A stretch of 63,920 nucleotides of DNA, counting the filler, from Octopus bimaculoides (lineage: Eukaryota), in NCBI RefSeq assembly GCF_001194135.2. It is 7 parts of 7 records of this genome, joined end to end, with 100 filler letters (N's around TTAATTAATTAA, not from the genome) between each part and the next. Parts side by side here need not be neighbours in the genome. Positions count along the whole stretch, not along the records: positions 35,718 to 51,646 come from NC_068989.1; positions 51,747 to 55,432 come from NW_026325682.1; positions 55,533 to 58,636 come from NW_026347714.1; positions 58,737 to 62,720 come from NC_068986.1; 3 more parts are not named here. The stretch is one strand, 5' to 3'. A model generated the notes under the pieces. The model made no database searches. It saw nothing but the letters and a program-made list of their open reading frames with translations, and was not told where the DNA came from. A program made the translations under genes and the position numbers. Positions 50,390-62,720 of the stretch are shown in pieces; within the stretch, counting starts at the first letter, position 1; every line of letters starts with the position of its first letter.

Positions 50390-51500
50390 TAAGACAGTCA
50401 GCCATGTTTTGTATATGGACGACCTCAATGTGTATGCTGCAGACGATCAACAAATAACTACGCATTTACTTAAAGAATTGTTATCTTATATGAATTAGAG
50501 AAATGCGCCAAGATAACCCTGAAGAGAGGGAAATTAATTTAGAACACTAGTCTTATTTAAGATACAGAAACAAAGATAAGAGAATTAGATTAAACACAGA
50601 CATACAAACATTTTGGAATCAATGAAAGGCCGCACACACAATATACTAAAATAAGTGCAACATACACAAATAAAAAGACAATTATTACGAAGGAATATTA
50701 TAGCTGCACATGATTAATACTGAAAGAACAGTTAAATATAACAAATGAGGCAATAGGCTTCATTATTCTCGCTGTAGAAATAATAAGTTAGACACACATA
50801 TAAATATGTATGTATGTAACATTGTACACGTGTGTGTATGTTCTCGACTGGACGGTAAGAGAATTATTATGATTAGACAGGAAAACGTGAAAAAGTAATG
50901 TCTGGATTTACAATATATCATCCAAATTCGGATATAGGAAGATTATATTTACTGCGAATTCAGTGGCTAGGAGAGTTTGATGCAAGAAGAAAAGTATTTC
51001 TGAATATTAACTGTCGGTTGATATATGTATATATATAAAAAACGAGTGAAAAATTATGGAGAACTTATATAAATAACTATAAAGCAAATAGAAAACTGTT
51101 TTCTGTTTAAAGAAATTATGATATTGTGAAACAGTTGAGGTACACGGATTAACGAGAAATAACGAGAGAAGTTGTAATGAAAGTTTAAAACTGAACTGAA
51201 AACGGGACTACGAAAGATATAACAAAAAAAAAAAAATCAATCCCCAAAATGGCCGATACTTATGACAAGGCTGTTCATTAGAGACGTATAGAAAAACAAG
51301 TGAGGACAGTGGCTGGGGAAGTAATATTCGAAGTCGATATTGAGTAATTTTTATTGAGTCACAAGAAGAAATGATCTCATTAGAAACTACAGATATAGCA
51401 ATAAAGGTAGAATACTTTAAGTAACCTCAGAATCTGTGGGATTTGGTAACAGATGTTTAATCACGTGAACTATGGCTTCCAGAATGTGTTAAGCAAGAAT
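50390..51500 (+). mobile_element. Heavily decayed R4/Dong-type RLE LINE, RT through zinc knuckle
   Basis: Broken frames give SHVLYMDDLNVYAAD (RT catalytic motif), LEKCAKITLKRGKL, TYKHFGINE, DWTVRE..LDRKT, YHPNSDIGRLYLLR (cf HPKSDVDRLYLPR), QEEMI..RNY. Confidence 0.8.
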
Positions 51501-51586
<86 letters not shown>

Positions 51587-52214
51587 TACAGAGTTGGAAA
51601 TTTCACACACTGAAAGTTAGAGCAGCACTGGGAAATACCGAGAAAANNNNNNNNNNNNNNNNNNNNNNNNNNNNNNNNNNNNNNNNNNNNTTAATTAATT
51701 AANNNNNNNNNNNNNNNNNNNNNNNNNNNNNNNNNNNNNNNNNNNNCGTCCCCTCTTTGTAATGCCTTTATGGCAAATATTTATGAAATAAAGAAGATGA
51801 TAGCAGAGAGAAAAAATTAGGTTGGTTTTGGAATGTTTGTTGGTAGAAATGTATTCTTTATATTAGCTTGGAAGGTGAGTGGGAGAGATCATGTTAGCTC
51901 ATATATTTACTTCCCTAAATATAAACATATAAAAAGTATACATACATATATATACCCACATACACACACACATTAACATATATATGTATACACACACATA
52001 TATACATGCATATATGTGTATACATATACATACATGCATACATTATTTACATTATTTACAATTGGCGGATATTTGTCCTCATCAGCAAGATGGGGACAAA
52101 TATCCGTCAAATGTAAATGATGTACATAAATCCTCATCTCTTAAATATAGAACTGTATATATATACATACGCACACATACATACATACATATATATATCG
52201 GCAGTCGCCATGAT

Positions 52215-52410
52215 AGATCGCTGACCACAACATTCAATTTTTTTTTCTCCGTGCTTTTCTCCTTGTTTTTCTCCTTATTCTTTCTGTTGAAGAGCGTAGC
52301 TCGAAACGTTAAAGACGTTCTCTATTCCCGAGCGTTAAACTAATACATCCTTTTGTTGTTTACACCACCTGTCCCCATCTGTTGTTTTTTTTTCGTAAAT
52401 TCTCCCATAT
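52215..52410 (+). mobile_element. Solo Penelope-like pseudo-LTR remnant
   Basis: Homologous to 31445-31605 (GATCGCT.A..CCACAA...GAAGAGCGTA...CCCGAGCGTTAAACTAATACATCC), which is attached to a GIY-YIG relic. Confidence 0.7.
52279..52315 (+). ncRNA. Minimal type-I hammerhead ribozyme-like motif
   Basis: TCTTT CTGTTGA A GAGC gta GCTC GAA ACGT T AAAGA: perfect stems I and II, palindromic ACGT stem III, one core change (A6 to U). Confidence 0.6.
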
Positions 52411-53303
52411 ATATATATATATATATANNNNNNNNNNNNNNNNNNNNNNNNNNNNNNNNNNNNNNNNNNNNNNNNNNNNNNNNNNNNNNNNNNNNNNNNN
52501 NNNNNNNNNNNNNNNNNNNNNNNNNNNNNNNNNNNNNNNNNNNNNNNNNNNNNNNNNNNNNNNNNNNNNNNNNNNNNNNNNNNNNNNNNNNNNNNNNNNN
52601 NNNNNNNNNNNNNNNNNNNNNNNNNNNNNNNNNNNNNNNNNNNNNNNNNNNNNNNNNNNNNNNNNNNNNNNNNNNNNNNNNNNNNNNNNNNNNNNNNNNN
52701 NNNNNNNNNNNNNNNNNNNNNNNNNNNNNNNNNNNNNNNNNNNNNNNNNNNNNNNNNNNNNNNNNNNNNNNNNNNNNNNNNNNNNNNNNNNNNNNNNNNN
52801 NNNNNNNNNNNNNNNNNNNNNNNNNNNNNNNNNNNNNNNNNNNNNNNNNNNNNNNNNNNNNNNNNNNNNNNNNNNNNNNNNNNNNNNNNNNNNNNNNNNN
52901 NNNNNNNNNNNNNNNNNNNNNNNNNNNNNNNNNNNNNNNNNNNNNNNNNNNNNNNNNNNNNNNNNNNNNNNNNNNNNNNNNNNNNNNNNNNNNNNNNNNN
53001 NNNNNNNNNNNNNNNNNNNNNNNNNNNNNNNNNNNNNNNNNNNNNNNNNNNNNNNNNNNNNNNNNNNNNNNNNNNNNNNNNNNNNNNNNNNNNNNNNNNN
53101 NNNNNNNNNNNNNNNNNNNNNNNNNNNNNNNNNNNNNNNNNNNNNNNNNNNNNNNNNNNNNNNNNNNNNNNNNNNNNNNNNNNNNNNNNNNNNNNNNNNN
53201 NNNNNNNNNNNNNNNNNNNNNNNNNNNNNNNNNNNNNNNNNNNNNNNNNNNNNNNNNNNNNNNNNNNNNNNNNNNNNNNNNNNNNNNNNNNNNNNNNNNN
53301 NNN

Positions 53304-53344
<41 letters not shown>

Positions 53345-53920
53345 TGCATATATGTATGAATATATGTGTGTATATATATATTACACAGATGCAAACGTAC
53401 GTACATAATACATACATACATACATACATACATATTTCTCGTGCAGAAACTGACACATATATACATATGACCACACTTGTACGTATGCACATACGTGAGT
53501 TCATTGTTATATATACATTTACAAATACGGATAGACTTTACAGATTAATGAACTATGTCGAGACAGAATTTTTAAATGAGAAATATGTCGCACATTCTTT
53601 CATGTTTTTCGCACTAGTTTTATCAAATCGGAATGAAATCTTTCCGAAACATAATCGATTCTATTATAGACATAAACTCATGTCTGGAAAAGCTTTTCAT
53701 CTGTAATGTCACCTGTCATAGATATATTGAGAGACTTCTAGTCGACTCTCTCTAAGTTACTGTTACTTTATATACGCCGAAATCCAATCACAAGCACACG
53801 CAAAAGGCACATATATAGTTACATATCTACGTATATATGTGCGATGTTTGTGTGTGGGTGTTTTCAATGAACCGTATATTAAAAACATGCGTATATAAAC
53901 TCACGTGTACATGTGTGCAT

Positions 53921-54013
<93 letters not shown>

Positions 54014-54180
54014 TGTATGCGTGTATGCATATATATATATATATGCATATATAAATTTAGACACTTAGTTTGACGCTCGGGAAAAATGGAATATATATAT
54101 ATACTGTTGTGTCAGGTGAGAGTCTGTGCCTTAAAATTTTACATACTCACCGGTAAAATTTCCACTTATTTCTTATTTTT

Positions 54181-54226
54181 ATTTTCCTAAAATTTTCGTT
54201 GCGTCTTGCAACCTTTTCAATAATCT
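54181..54226 (-). ncRNA. Hammerhead-like motif with U3-A8 core variant
   Basis: rc ATTA TTGAAAA G GTTGC aagac GCAAC GAA AATT T TAGG. Confidence 0.45.
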
Positions 54227-54691
54227 TAAAAAATCTTGCAAACCAAATCCAAAGACGAAATATATATATATATACATACATACACACATATATATATATA
54301 TATATTTCCTTGGATAAAGCCATCCCTTCAAGACGCTAAGATAGCCTCTAACTGAATTATATTAATATGTATATAAAACAAAAGAGGGCGCAGGAAAAAA
54401 ATATAGCCAAATTTGTTGAAAATGCACCTAAATTTGTAATTGATTAAAATGAATTTATTTATATATATATGCCAAACTAGTTTCAGCAATACTTTTTGTT
54501 TATTAATGGTAAAAATTTAGGATTATGAATTAGAAAAACATCTTTAAATGTTTCGATGTTGACAAGTTTAAATGTTCATTACAGACAAATTTATACACTT
54601 AGTTTGAGGCTCGGAAAAATGGAATATATATATATATATATATATACATATTTAGTGACAGAATCAGTATTAATACTAAAAGGCTCTCACT

Positions 54692-54734
<43 letters not shown>

Positions 54735-54740
54735 GTACAT

Positions 54741-55247
54741 AGCATTGGCTTCTTTCAGTTTCCGTTTACCAAATCCACTCAAAACGCTTTAGTCAGCCCG
54801 AGGCTATAGTAGAAGTCACTCGTCCAAGGTGTCACACAATGGGACTGAACCCGGAACCATGTGGTTTGAAATCCATCTTCTTACCGCACAGCCACGCCAT
54901 ATAATCTTGTATGTCCTTCAGTTATTGGTCTAAGGTCAAATTATTTTTGAAGATCGGTACTTATTTTACTGGTCGCTTTTGCTGAAAAGCTAAGATACAG
55001 TGGCGTAAAGAACACAACAATAGTTACCAAGTAGGGGAGCATCGATTGTCAAGTAATAGCAGGACGGCGGGAACAAACACAAACACATACTCACGAATAT
55101 ATATATACATACGACGGGCTTCTTTCAGTTTCCGTCTCCGGAATACACTCACAAGGCTCTGGCCGGCCCGAGAAGACACTTGTCCAAGGACTGAACGCAG
55201 AACCATGTGGTTGGGAAGCAAGTTTCTTAGCACACAGCCACGCCTGC
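54741..55247 (-). mobile_element. Two family-D SINE pieces (54741-54900 and about 54960-55247)
   Basis: GCTTCTTTCAGTTTCCGT...GGGACTGAACCCGGAACCATGTGG...CACAGCCAC occurs twice. Confidence 0.85.
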
Positions 55248-55771
55248 ATGTTTATAGTCAGTTTTGCTAGAGGACAATCTCATTATCAATTCTAGTTGGT
55301 TCCGTTGTATGTAGTCAGAAAAATCAATTGTTATTTACGATGCAAGCCTGCACTTATTCTTTGTATAAGTATATAATATATATATGTGTGTGTGTGTGTG
55401 ACTCTGTGTGTGTGTGTGTATGCATATATATANNNNNNNNNNNNNNNNNNNNNNNNNNNNNNNNNNNNNNNNNNNNTTAATTAATTAANNNNNNNNNNNN
55501 NNNNNNNNNNNNNNNNNNNNNNNNNNNNNNNNATATATGTACGTATGTATATGTGTATGTATATGCATGTGTATAACTGTGTGTATATATATATACATAC
55601 ATACATACAATGTATGTGCATATGCATGAAATACTGTGCAATAAAGGGATACAAAAATGTCATATATAAAAGTATACACATCCATATAGGCGCACATATA
55701 TATGGATATATATGATATATATATATATATATATATACATATATACATATATATATATATATATTTATGTA

Positions 55772-55810
<39 letters not shown>

Positions 55811-56165
55811 GCATACATAAATGCACACTTACATACAAGTATACTTAGATCCACATATATGTGTAATTAAGTTATATATATATGCTTGTATGTATATACA
55901 TATGTAAAATATATATATGTATGTATGTATATGTATATGTATATGTTGGTGCATACATGTTTCTAGCTGCAGTGTGAGTACGCAATGTATCTGTGAGTGC
56001 ATACATATATATTTAAAATGAAAGATATATTATTTAAAAATGTGCTTACACATACACACAAGAATGCATATATAGAGACATACACTCAGAAACGGCTATA
56101 TTCAAAGAGGTTTGAAAACCTACTTCATAATGAGTATATTAACTATCATACACACGTATACTCGC

Positions 56166-56213
<48 letters not shown>

Positions 56214-56690
56214 NNNNNNNNNNNNNNNNNNNNNNNNNNNNNNNNNNNNNNNNNNNNNNNNNNNNNNNNNNNNNNNNNNNNNNNNNNNNNNNNNNNNNNN
56301 NNNNNNNNNNNNNNNNNNNNNNNNNNNNNNNNNNNNNNNNNNNNNNNNNNNNNNNNNNNNNNNNNNNNNNNNNNNNNNNNNNNNNNNNNNNNNNNNNNNN
56401 NNNNNNNNNNNNNNNNNNNNNNNNNNNNNNNNNNNNNNNNNNNNNNNNNNNNNNNNNNNNNNNNNNNNNNNNNNNNNNNNNNNNNNNNNNNNNNNNNNNN
56501 NNNNNNNNNNNNNNNNNNNNNNNNNNNNNNNNNNNNNNNNNNNNNNNNNNNNNNNNNNNNNNNNNNNNNNNNNNNNNNNNNNNNNNNNNNNNNNNNNNNN
56601 NNNNNNNNNNNNNNNNNNNTGTATGAAGAACAAAAGTATATGAAAGTATAATAACTTAAAAATATAAAATATAGAATATATAAATATATG

Positions 56691-56725
<35 letters not shown>

Positions 56726-57456
56726 ATGAAGAACAAAAGTATATGAAAGTATAATAACTTAAAAATATAAAATATAGAATATATAAATATACGTAAACTT
56801 ACAAATGAAGCTGGCAACTGAAACGACCAAGAATATGAAAAAACAAATAAACAAAAAGTAAAAAGAAAAAAAGGACAAGAAACAATTTAAATGTATATTT
56901 TCCGTTATATACTTAGAAATGCTAATTCTTTTCACATATTGAAAATATATCGAAGTGTAGACTGGCTTTTGTAACAGCTTCGATTACAAAAGAACATAGG
57001 AGATGTGAGGCCATATTTTTTTTTTTATTTGTTCGGACATCAATAGAGTATATAAACGAATTCGGTATTGAGAAACAACTAAGTAAATAACCTGATAGAT
57101 AAATGCTTATCTAAATAGTTATATAGAGAGAGGAAGAAACGAAAAATAAAGAATAGAAAAATACGAGAAAGTAAATAATAAACCCTACGCAAAAAACACA
57201 ACAATAAAAGTGACTGCACTCTAATCGCAGCGCCACTGGTGGTTATATTGCTGGAATAGAGAGTGGAAGAACTGTGACAGTGAAACAACTGATATAAATG
57301 GAGATAGATAAAAAATAATTATTGTTAGAGCATCTTTAGATGTACATATAATACATACATAATATATATATATATAAATATATATATATATGAATATATG
57401 TATATATATGTACATATATATGTGTGTGGTGGCGTGCGTATATGTGGATTATATGC

Positions 57457-57499
<43 letters not shown>

Positions 57500-57755
57500 G
57501 GCGTATAAATATATTATCATATATCCATATATATAATTCATACGTATAATATCGATATATCTGTACACTTATATAATGCACACACACGTACATGTATATG
57601 TGTGTGGTGTGTGGTGTGTGTGTGAGAGAGAGACACGGTGGAGAGAGAATACATATATTTATGTATGTACGTAGCTAATTATTTATGCATATAAATAAAT
57701 AATGCACAGATATTCATATATATATACATTTATATACGCACATGATACACACACA

Positions 57756-57791
<36 letters not shown>

Positions 57792-58597
57792 NNNNNNNNN
57801 NNNNNNNNNNNNNNNNNNNNNNNNNNNNNNNNNNNNNNNNNNNNNNNNNNNNNNNNNNNNNNNNNNNNNNNNNNNNNNNNNNNNNNNNNNNNNNNNNNNN
57901 NNNNNNNNNNNNNNNNNNNNNNNNNNNNNNNNNNNNNNNNNNNNNNNNNNNNNNNNNNNNNNNNNNNNNNNNNNGGACGTGAGTTGTACCTATGAGGTAC
58001 TCCTAAAATAATCGAACATACTTTATCATTCAATGAAGTAAATATTTGATTTCAGCCCATTTATTTTCTTGATTTGGAATCCAATACATTTGTGAACTTT
58101 TCAAATTTCCAAATTTCTATCGATTTTAATTCTTTCTTTAAACTAAAACCGATAATTTATAGATTTCAGAAATGCTTGTGACGTAAAATTTAGTTTAGAT
58201 GGTCTTTTGATCTTTATATTCTTTGTGAAACAGACCGTTTCTTTTGTTTGTAATATATCAAGGCTATGTGCTAGCAAAATTCCGTGACGAGTATTCCCAG
58301 TTTGCTTGACATAGAAGACATAACTTCTTCCTACGATCTCACCTCATGCCTTCTTTGAAAGAATGTGCTATACGATAAATCTGCTTTCGATTCACTGTGC
58401 TTGGATAATACATACATACATACATACATACATACATACATAGAGATATAACTGTAGGTATATTCTTATATTCTTTCTTTTAAACGTTTACTAGTCACAG
58501 CTCGAGAGCTGCGGCCATGTTGGGGCACCTCTGCTTGTTGTGCTACACTTACATTACTTGAAAACATTGTTCAATCGTTCATACATATATGCATACA

Positions 58598-58636
<39 letters not shown>

Positions 58637-59313
58637 NNNNNNNNNNNNNNNNNNNNNNNNNNNNNNNNNNNNNNNNNNNNTTAATTAATTAANNNNNNNN
58701 NNNNNNNNNNNNNNNNNNNNNNNNNNNNNNNNNNNNAAGAGTGTTTGCGAAAAGATGGGAGGATATCGTAAGAAAGTTGAGTATGCAAGGAGCCATGTCA
58801 ACACGGCCGGACGGGGCATAGAAGGAAAAGAAAAAAGAAAAAAAAAAGGGAAATCAGCCGGCAGGTTCGTAAGACAACTCAAACAAAAAAAAAGAGAATT
58901 TAAAAGTTTTTTTATATTTTATATATATTTTTATGTACCATATCGCATTATATCATATTCATTATAACATCCATTATAACATTCATCGATAGGACACTCG
59001 TAAAAGGCTGAAGACCATATATATGTTTTTGTCTGTCCTTGTTTGTCCCCTCTATGTATCCTACTTATTAGGAATAAAAGAAAATCTTTCGGTTCCAGAT
59101 CTTTTGAGGTCTAGCCACTGACCACAGAGCACACATCCAGTTCCAACGATGACACAACAGCAGCCACATGGAGACTCGTCAACACTCTTCCAACAGCATG
59201 CGGCAATGTCCATCTTCGTCGCTCCATCTTCTTAACGTCAGCATCATCTCTCTACGTACATACCAACCAGCAACGCTCGCACAGGTTCTATCTCCATACT
59301 GTTTGTGAATTAC

Positions 59314-60115
59314 GGTACCATTCAAGAAGAGTGGTCCTGGTGTGTGCACTCGCACACTCGCGCATCCGCGCTAGCTAGTCGTGACTAGTCGATCCTACAA
59401 GGACTATCTAGCGCGAATGCGCAAAACATGTATGAGGGGGTTTTTTTTAAACAAAGTAAATAATTTTTTTAAACAAAGTAAGTAAAACACAAAGTAAATA
59501 ATTTTTTTTTGTTGAATCTTCCCCACCTTACTCTTAAAACGTCGTTTTACGTTCTTCCAGGGTGTATTTTGGTGTCACATCTATTTCAGTAATCCCATTG
59601 TACGCACTCCAACAATCGGAATATATAGTCGTCCCTGGTTTGATAATTTTTTTAATAAGTGGTAGAAGGGTTTCAGAGGAACGGTCAGGTACAAAGACTA
59701 AAAACCTATTTTTATCCTCTCTATCCCATCCTCCGTTGTATTTGCGCTTGCACATCATAGATTCATCTATTTCTACGATGTGCTCAAGTTCATCAATTTG
59801 GTAGGGGTTACGCAAAAGATAATTACTTGTAATGTCCCTCATGTACTGGTACCATTGAAGAACAATAGATTTTGAAAGATCGACTTTTTAATGGACGCTT
59901 TACCAAAAACAGGTAGTGTATAATTCATTTACTTTGTTTAAAAAAAATTATTTACTTTATGTAAAAGAATTATTTACTTTGTTTAGAAAAAACACTCATA
60001 CATGTTTTGCGCATGACGCGCACCCGCACTAGGTAGTCGTAGGATCGAATAGTCACGACTCGCTAGTGCGGATGCACGCGTGAGCGCACCGGGACCACTC
60101 TTCTTGAATAGTACC
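59314..60115 (-). mobile_element. Merlin (IS1016/ISXO2-like) DNA transposon, internally deleted, ~200-bp TIRs, 9-bp TSD
   Basis: TIR ends GGTACCATTCAAGAAGAGTGGTCC / GGACCACTCTTCTTGAATAGTACC. Perfect TSD GTGAATTAC at 59305-59313 and 60116-60124. Minus-strand ORF 59534-59842: WYQYMRDI...VEIDES..CKRKYN...F.VPDRSSETLLPLI...IKPGTTIYSDCWSAY. Confidence 0.92.
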
Positions 60116-60482
60116 GTGAATTACTTCACCATGGTTAACAGCAAATACAACCTTCTGTAACAAGAGATCGGCTCTGCATCGTAGCCACAGCTTCTTGATA
60201 CAGCATCTCAGCTACTGTGTACTTTGACTACAAACTGGTATTTATCATCCTTGTGTCTGGACATTCTTCTAACGTCATATTATAGACTCTTTCTATGCTC
60301 TGTACTTATCGCACACACATACATCCATGTTTGTACACACACACTTTGTATACATGACGGCCTATCTATTATTATGTTTATATGTCGCACACATAGACAC
60401 ACATGTGACACACATGTTAACATATAAATAAAATCTTCTCAAACATTCTACCCCGGTTGTGTCTCTCTTTTCCTTCTGGAAC

Positions 60483-60790
60483 TTGTAGTGGCGCGAAATT
60501 ATAGCCGCCATTGAGGAAGTACTATTCTGCGCATGCGCAAGGGACTTCACCACCGGAAACCTCTCTAGTGCGCATGCGTAGTAAGACTGGTACTTAAAGA
60601 GTGAGTTTCACTTTCTCAGACAGTTGCGCGACAGACATTCTACGTGACAACTCCTCGCTCCTCAACGAAGCACTCTTCACCTCGATGCCTTCGATGGTGA
60701 TAGCTTCTTGCTTCTCTGGCAGGCATCAAAGAAGCTCTTAACTTTCTAATACCAACTGCAACGCAATCAGCGGCTGCTAAGCTGAATGAC
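60483..60790 (+). mobile_element. Possible LTR of the downstream Gypsy element
   Basis: Starts TGTAGTGG, is CpG-rich, has two TGCGCATGCG palindromes, and lies about 0.6 kb upstream of gag. No second LTR or PBS is visible. Confidence 0.3.
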
Positions 60791-61420
60791 AGGAATTGTA
60801 AAACAAAGCATCATCAAAAATAATACTTATATTTATTATGTCGTAAAATTGTTCTAATGTCTCTTCATTTATAATGCTGTTGAAAGGTGATAGAGAGAGA
60901 CTAAAGTCTCTATGACAACTATCAAACTTTTACACTGNNNNNNNNNNNNNNNNNNNNNNNNNNNNNNNNNNNNNNNNNNNNNNNNNNNNNNNNNNNNNNN
61001 NNNNNNNNNNNNNNNNNNNNNNNNNNNNNNNNNNNNNNNNNNNNNNNNNNNNNNNNNNNNNNNNNNNNNNNNNNNNNNNNNNNNNNNNNNNNNNNNNNNN
61101 NNNNNNNNNNNNNNNNNNNNNNNNNNNNNNNNNNNNNNNNNNNNNNNNNNNNNNNNNNNNNNNNNNCAAGCAACACACACACTCACACAAACAGAAGAAA
61201 AGAAAAATAAACAAAAGCAAACACCATTGTTTTTTAGTTTTACGAAAAAAATTTTCTTTCTCTCTCTTGTGCAACTGTTGTTTCAACACACATAACAAGA
61301 AGAACAACAAAATTTTTGTTTCTTATCATCGGCTTTGTTTTTGTGTCCTCGTATCGAGAAAATTTTATTCCTTGTTCCCTTTCTTTCCTTTCACTTTGAC
61401 GGAATCATTTTCAAACAAAT

Positions 61421-62720
61421 ATGTCTTCCCATATGTTGCCACAATTCACTGGTGATGCCATCTTATGGTTCGCGCAACTAGAGGCTCACTTTGATGCCTA
61501 CGGAATTTCTCCGACAAATCAACTGAAATTCCTCTATTGTAGATTGCCTACAACACTTGCGACATCTGCCAGGGATCTAATCACATCCCCGAACCCAGAC
61601 GCCACTTATGCGTCTATAAAGGCAGAAATATTGCGAAGAACCACGAAGTCTGCCGAGAACAGATTTAATGAACTGATGGCTGATGAAGAATTAGGTGACA
61701 GGACTCCTTCAGAGTTCTGATGACACCTAAAGGAGTTGAGCGGTGAGTCAACTGACGCCTCTCTCCTACGCAAGATTTTCTTCTCGTGTCTGCCGGCTCA
61801 CGTGCGCACAATTTTGGCGGCGGCGCTTGACGCCAACACTATAGATCAAGTTGCCACCATGGCAGACAAAATTCTTGAATTTTCCGCACAGCCTGCATAC
61901 GGCGCCTGTGTCTCTTCTGAGGCTTCATCAATAGCCTCACATAAATCCTCCACTTTTGATGTTCTTGCCGACAAAATTGATGAACTTACGCGACGGGTGA
62001 ATGATCTGTGCCGTGCCAAGCGTTCTTTTTCACGCTCTCGTGACAGATCTAGAGGAAATTCACCTTCCAGAACACAACCAGGTATGTGCTATTATCATGC
62101 GAAATTCGCTGATAAGGCACACAAGTGCATTCAACCGTGCTCCTATAAAGGATCGGAAAACTTCAAAGGAGGATATTGAGCACGTCTATTTCTTCCTCTG
62201 CACCTACCTTTAATCGTGCAATATTTGTCCGGGACCAGGTGTCGAAGAAGTACTTCATGGTTGACACCGGGTCTTGTTGTAGTATTTGGCCTCTTCGCTT
62301 CAGTACTGACAAACCTAAGCGTTCGCTTATAGTGTTGCACGCCGTTGATTACTCCCCGATAGATACATTTGGTCAGCTTTCTCTACGGCTAGACATTCAA
62401 TGGATTTTTGTCATAGCTGACATTCCGCATTCTATTTTGGGTGCAGACTTTTTAAATCATTTTAACTTGTTGGTAGATGTTCGGCGTCGGAGGCTTGTCG
62501 ACGATTCGACATCCCTTTCTACGCCGGCAAAGAGCTCTACCAACTCCCTTCTTAGCCCAGAATTTTTTATTGCCACCGCTGGGGATGTTTTTCATTCTCT
62601 TCTAGTTTCCTTTCCGGAGCTGGTGGACATCACTTTCAAGCCAGCAAAGCCCGCTCATTCCACCCTCCATTATATCAAAACAACTGGGCCACCTGTTTTC
62701 TCGCGTCCACGACGTTTGGC
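61421..62720 (+). mobile_element. Ty3/Gypsy CsRn1/Kabuki-clade LTR retrotransposon, gag + protease (cut off by a gap)
   Basis: Gag LPQF..DAILWFAQLEAHF...EELGDRTPSEF**HLKEL, CHCC motif CYYHAKFADKAHKCIQPC. Protease FMVDTGSCCSIWP, ILGADFLNHFNLLVD. Pre-RT TTGPPVFSRPRRL. Two in-frame stops at 61718-61723. Pol is in the -1 frame. Confidence 0.92.
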
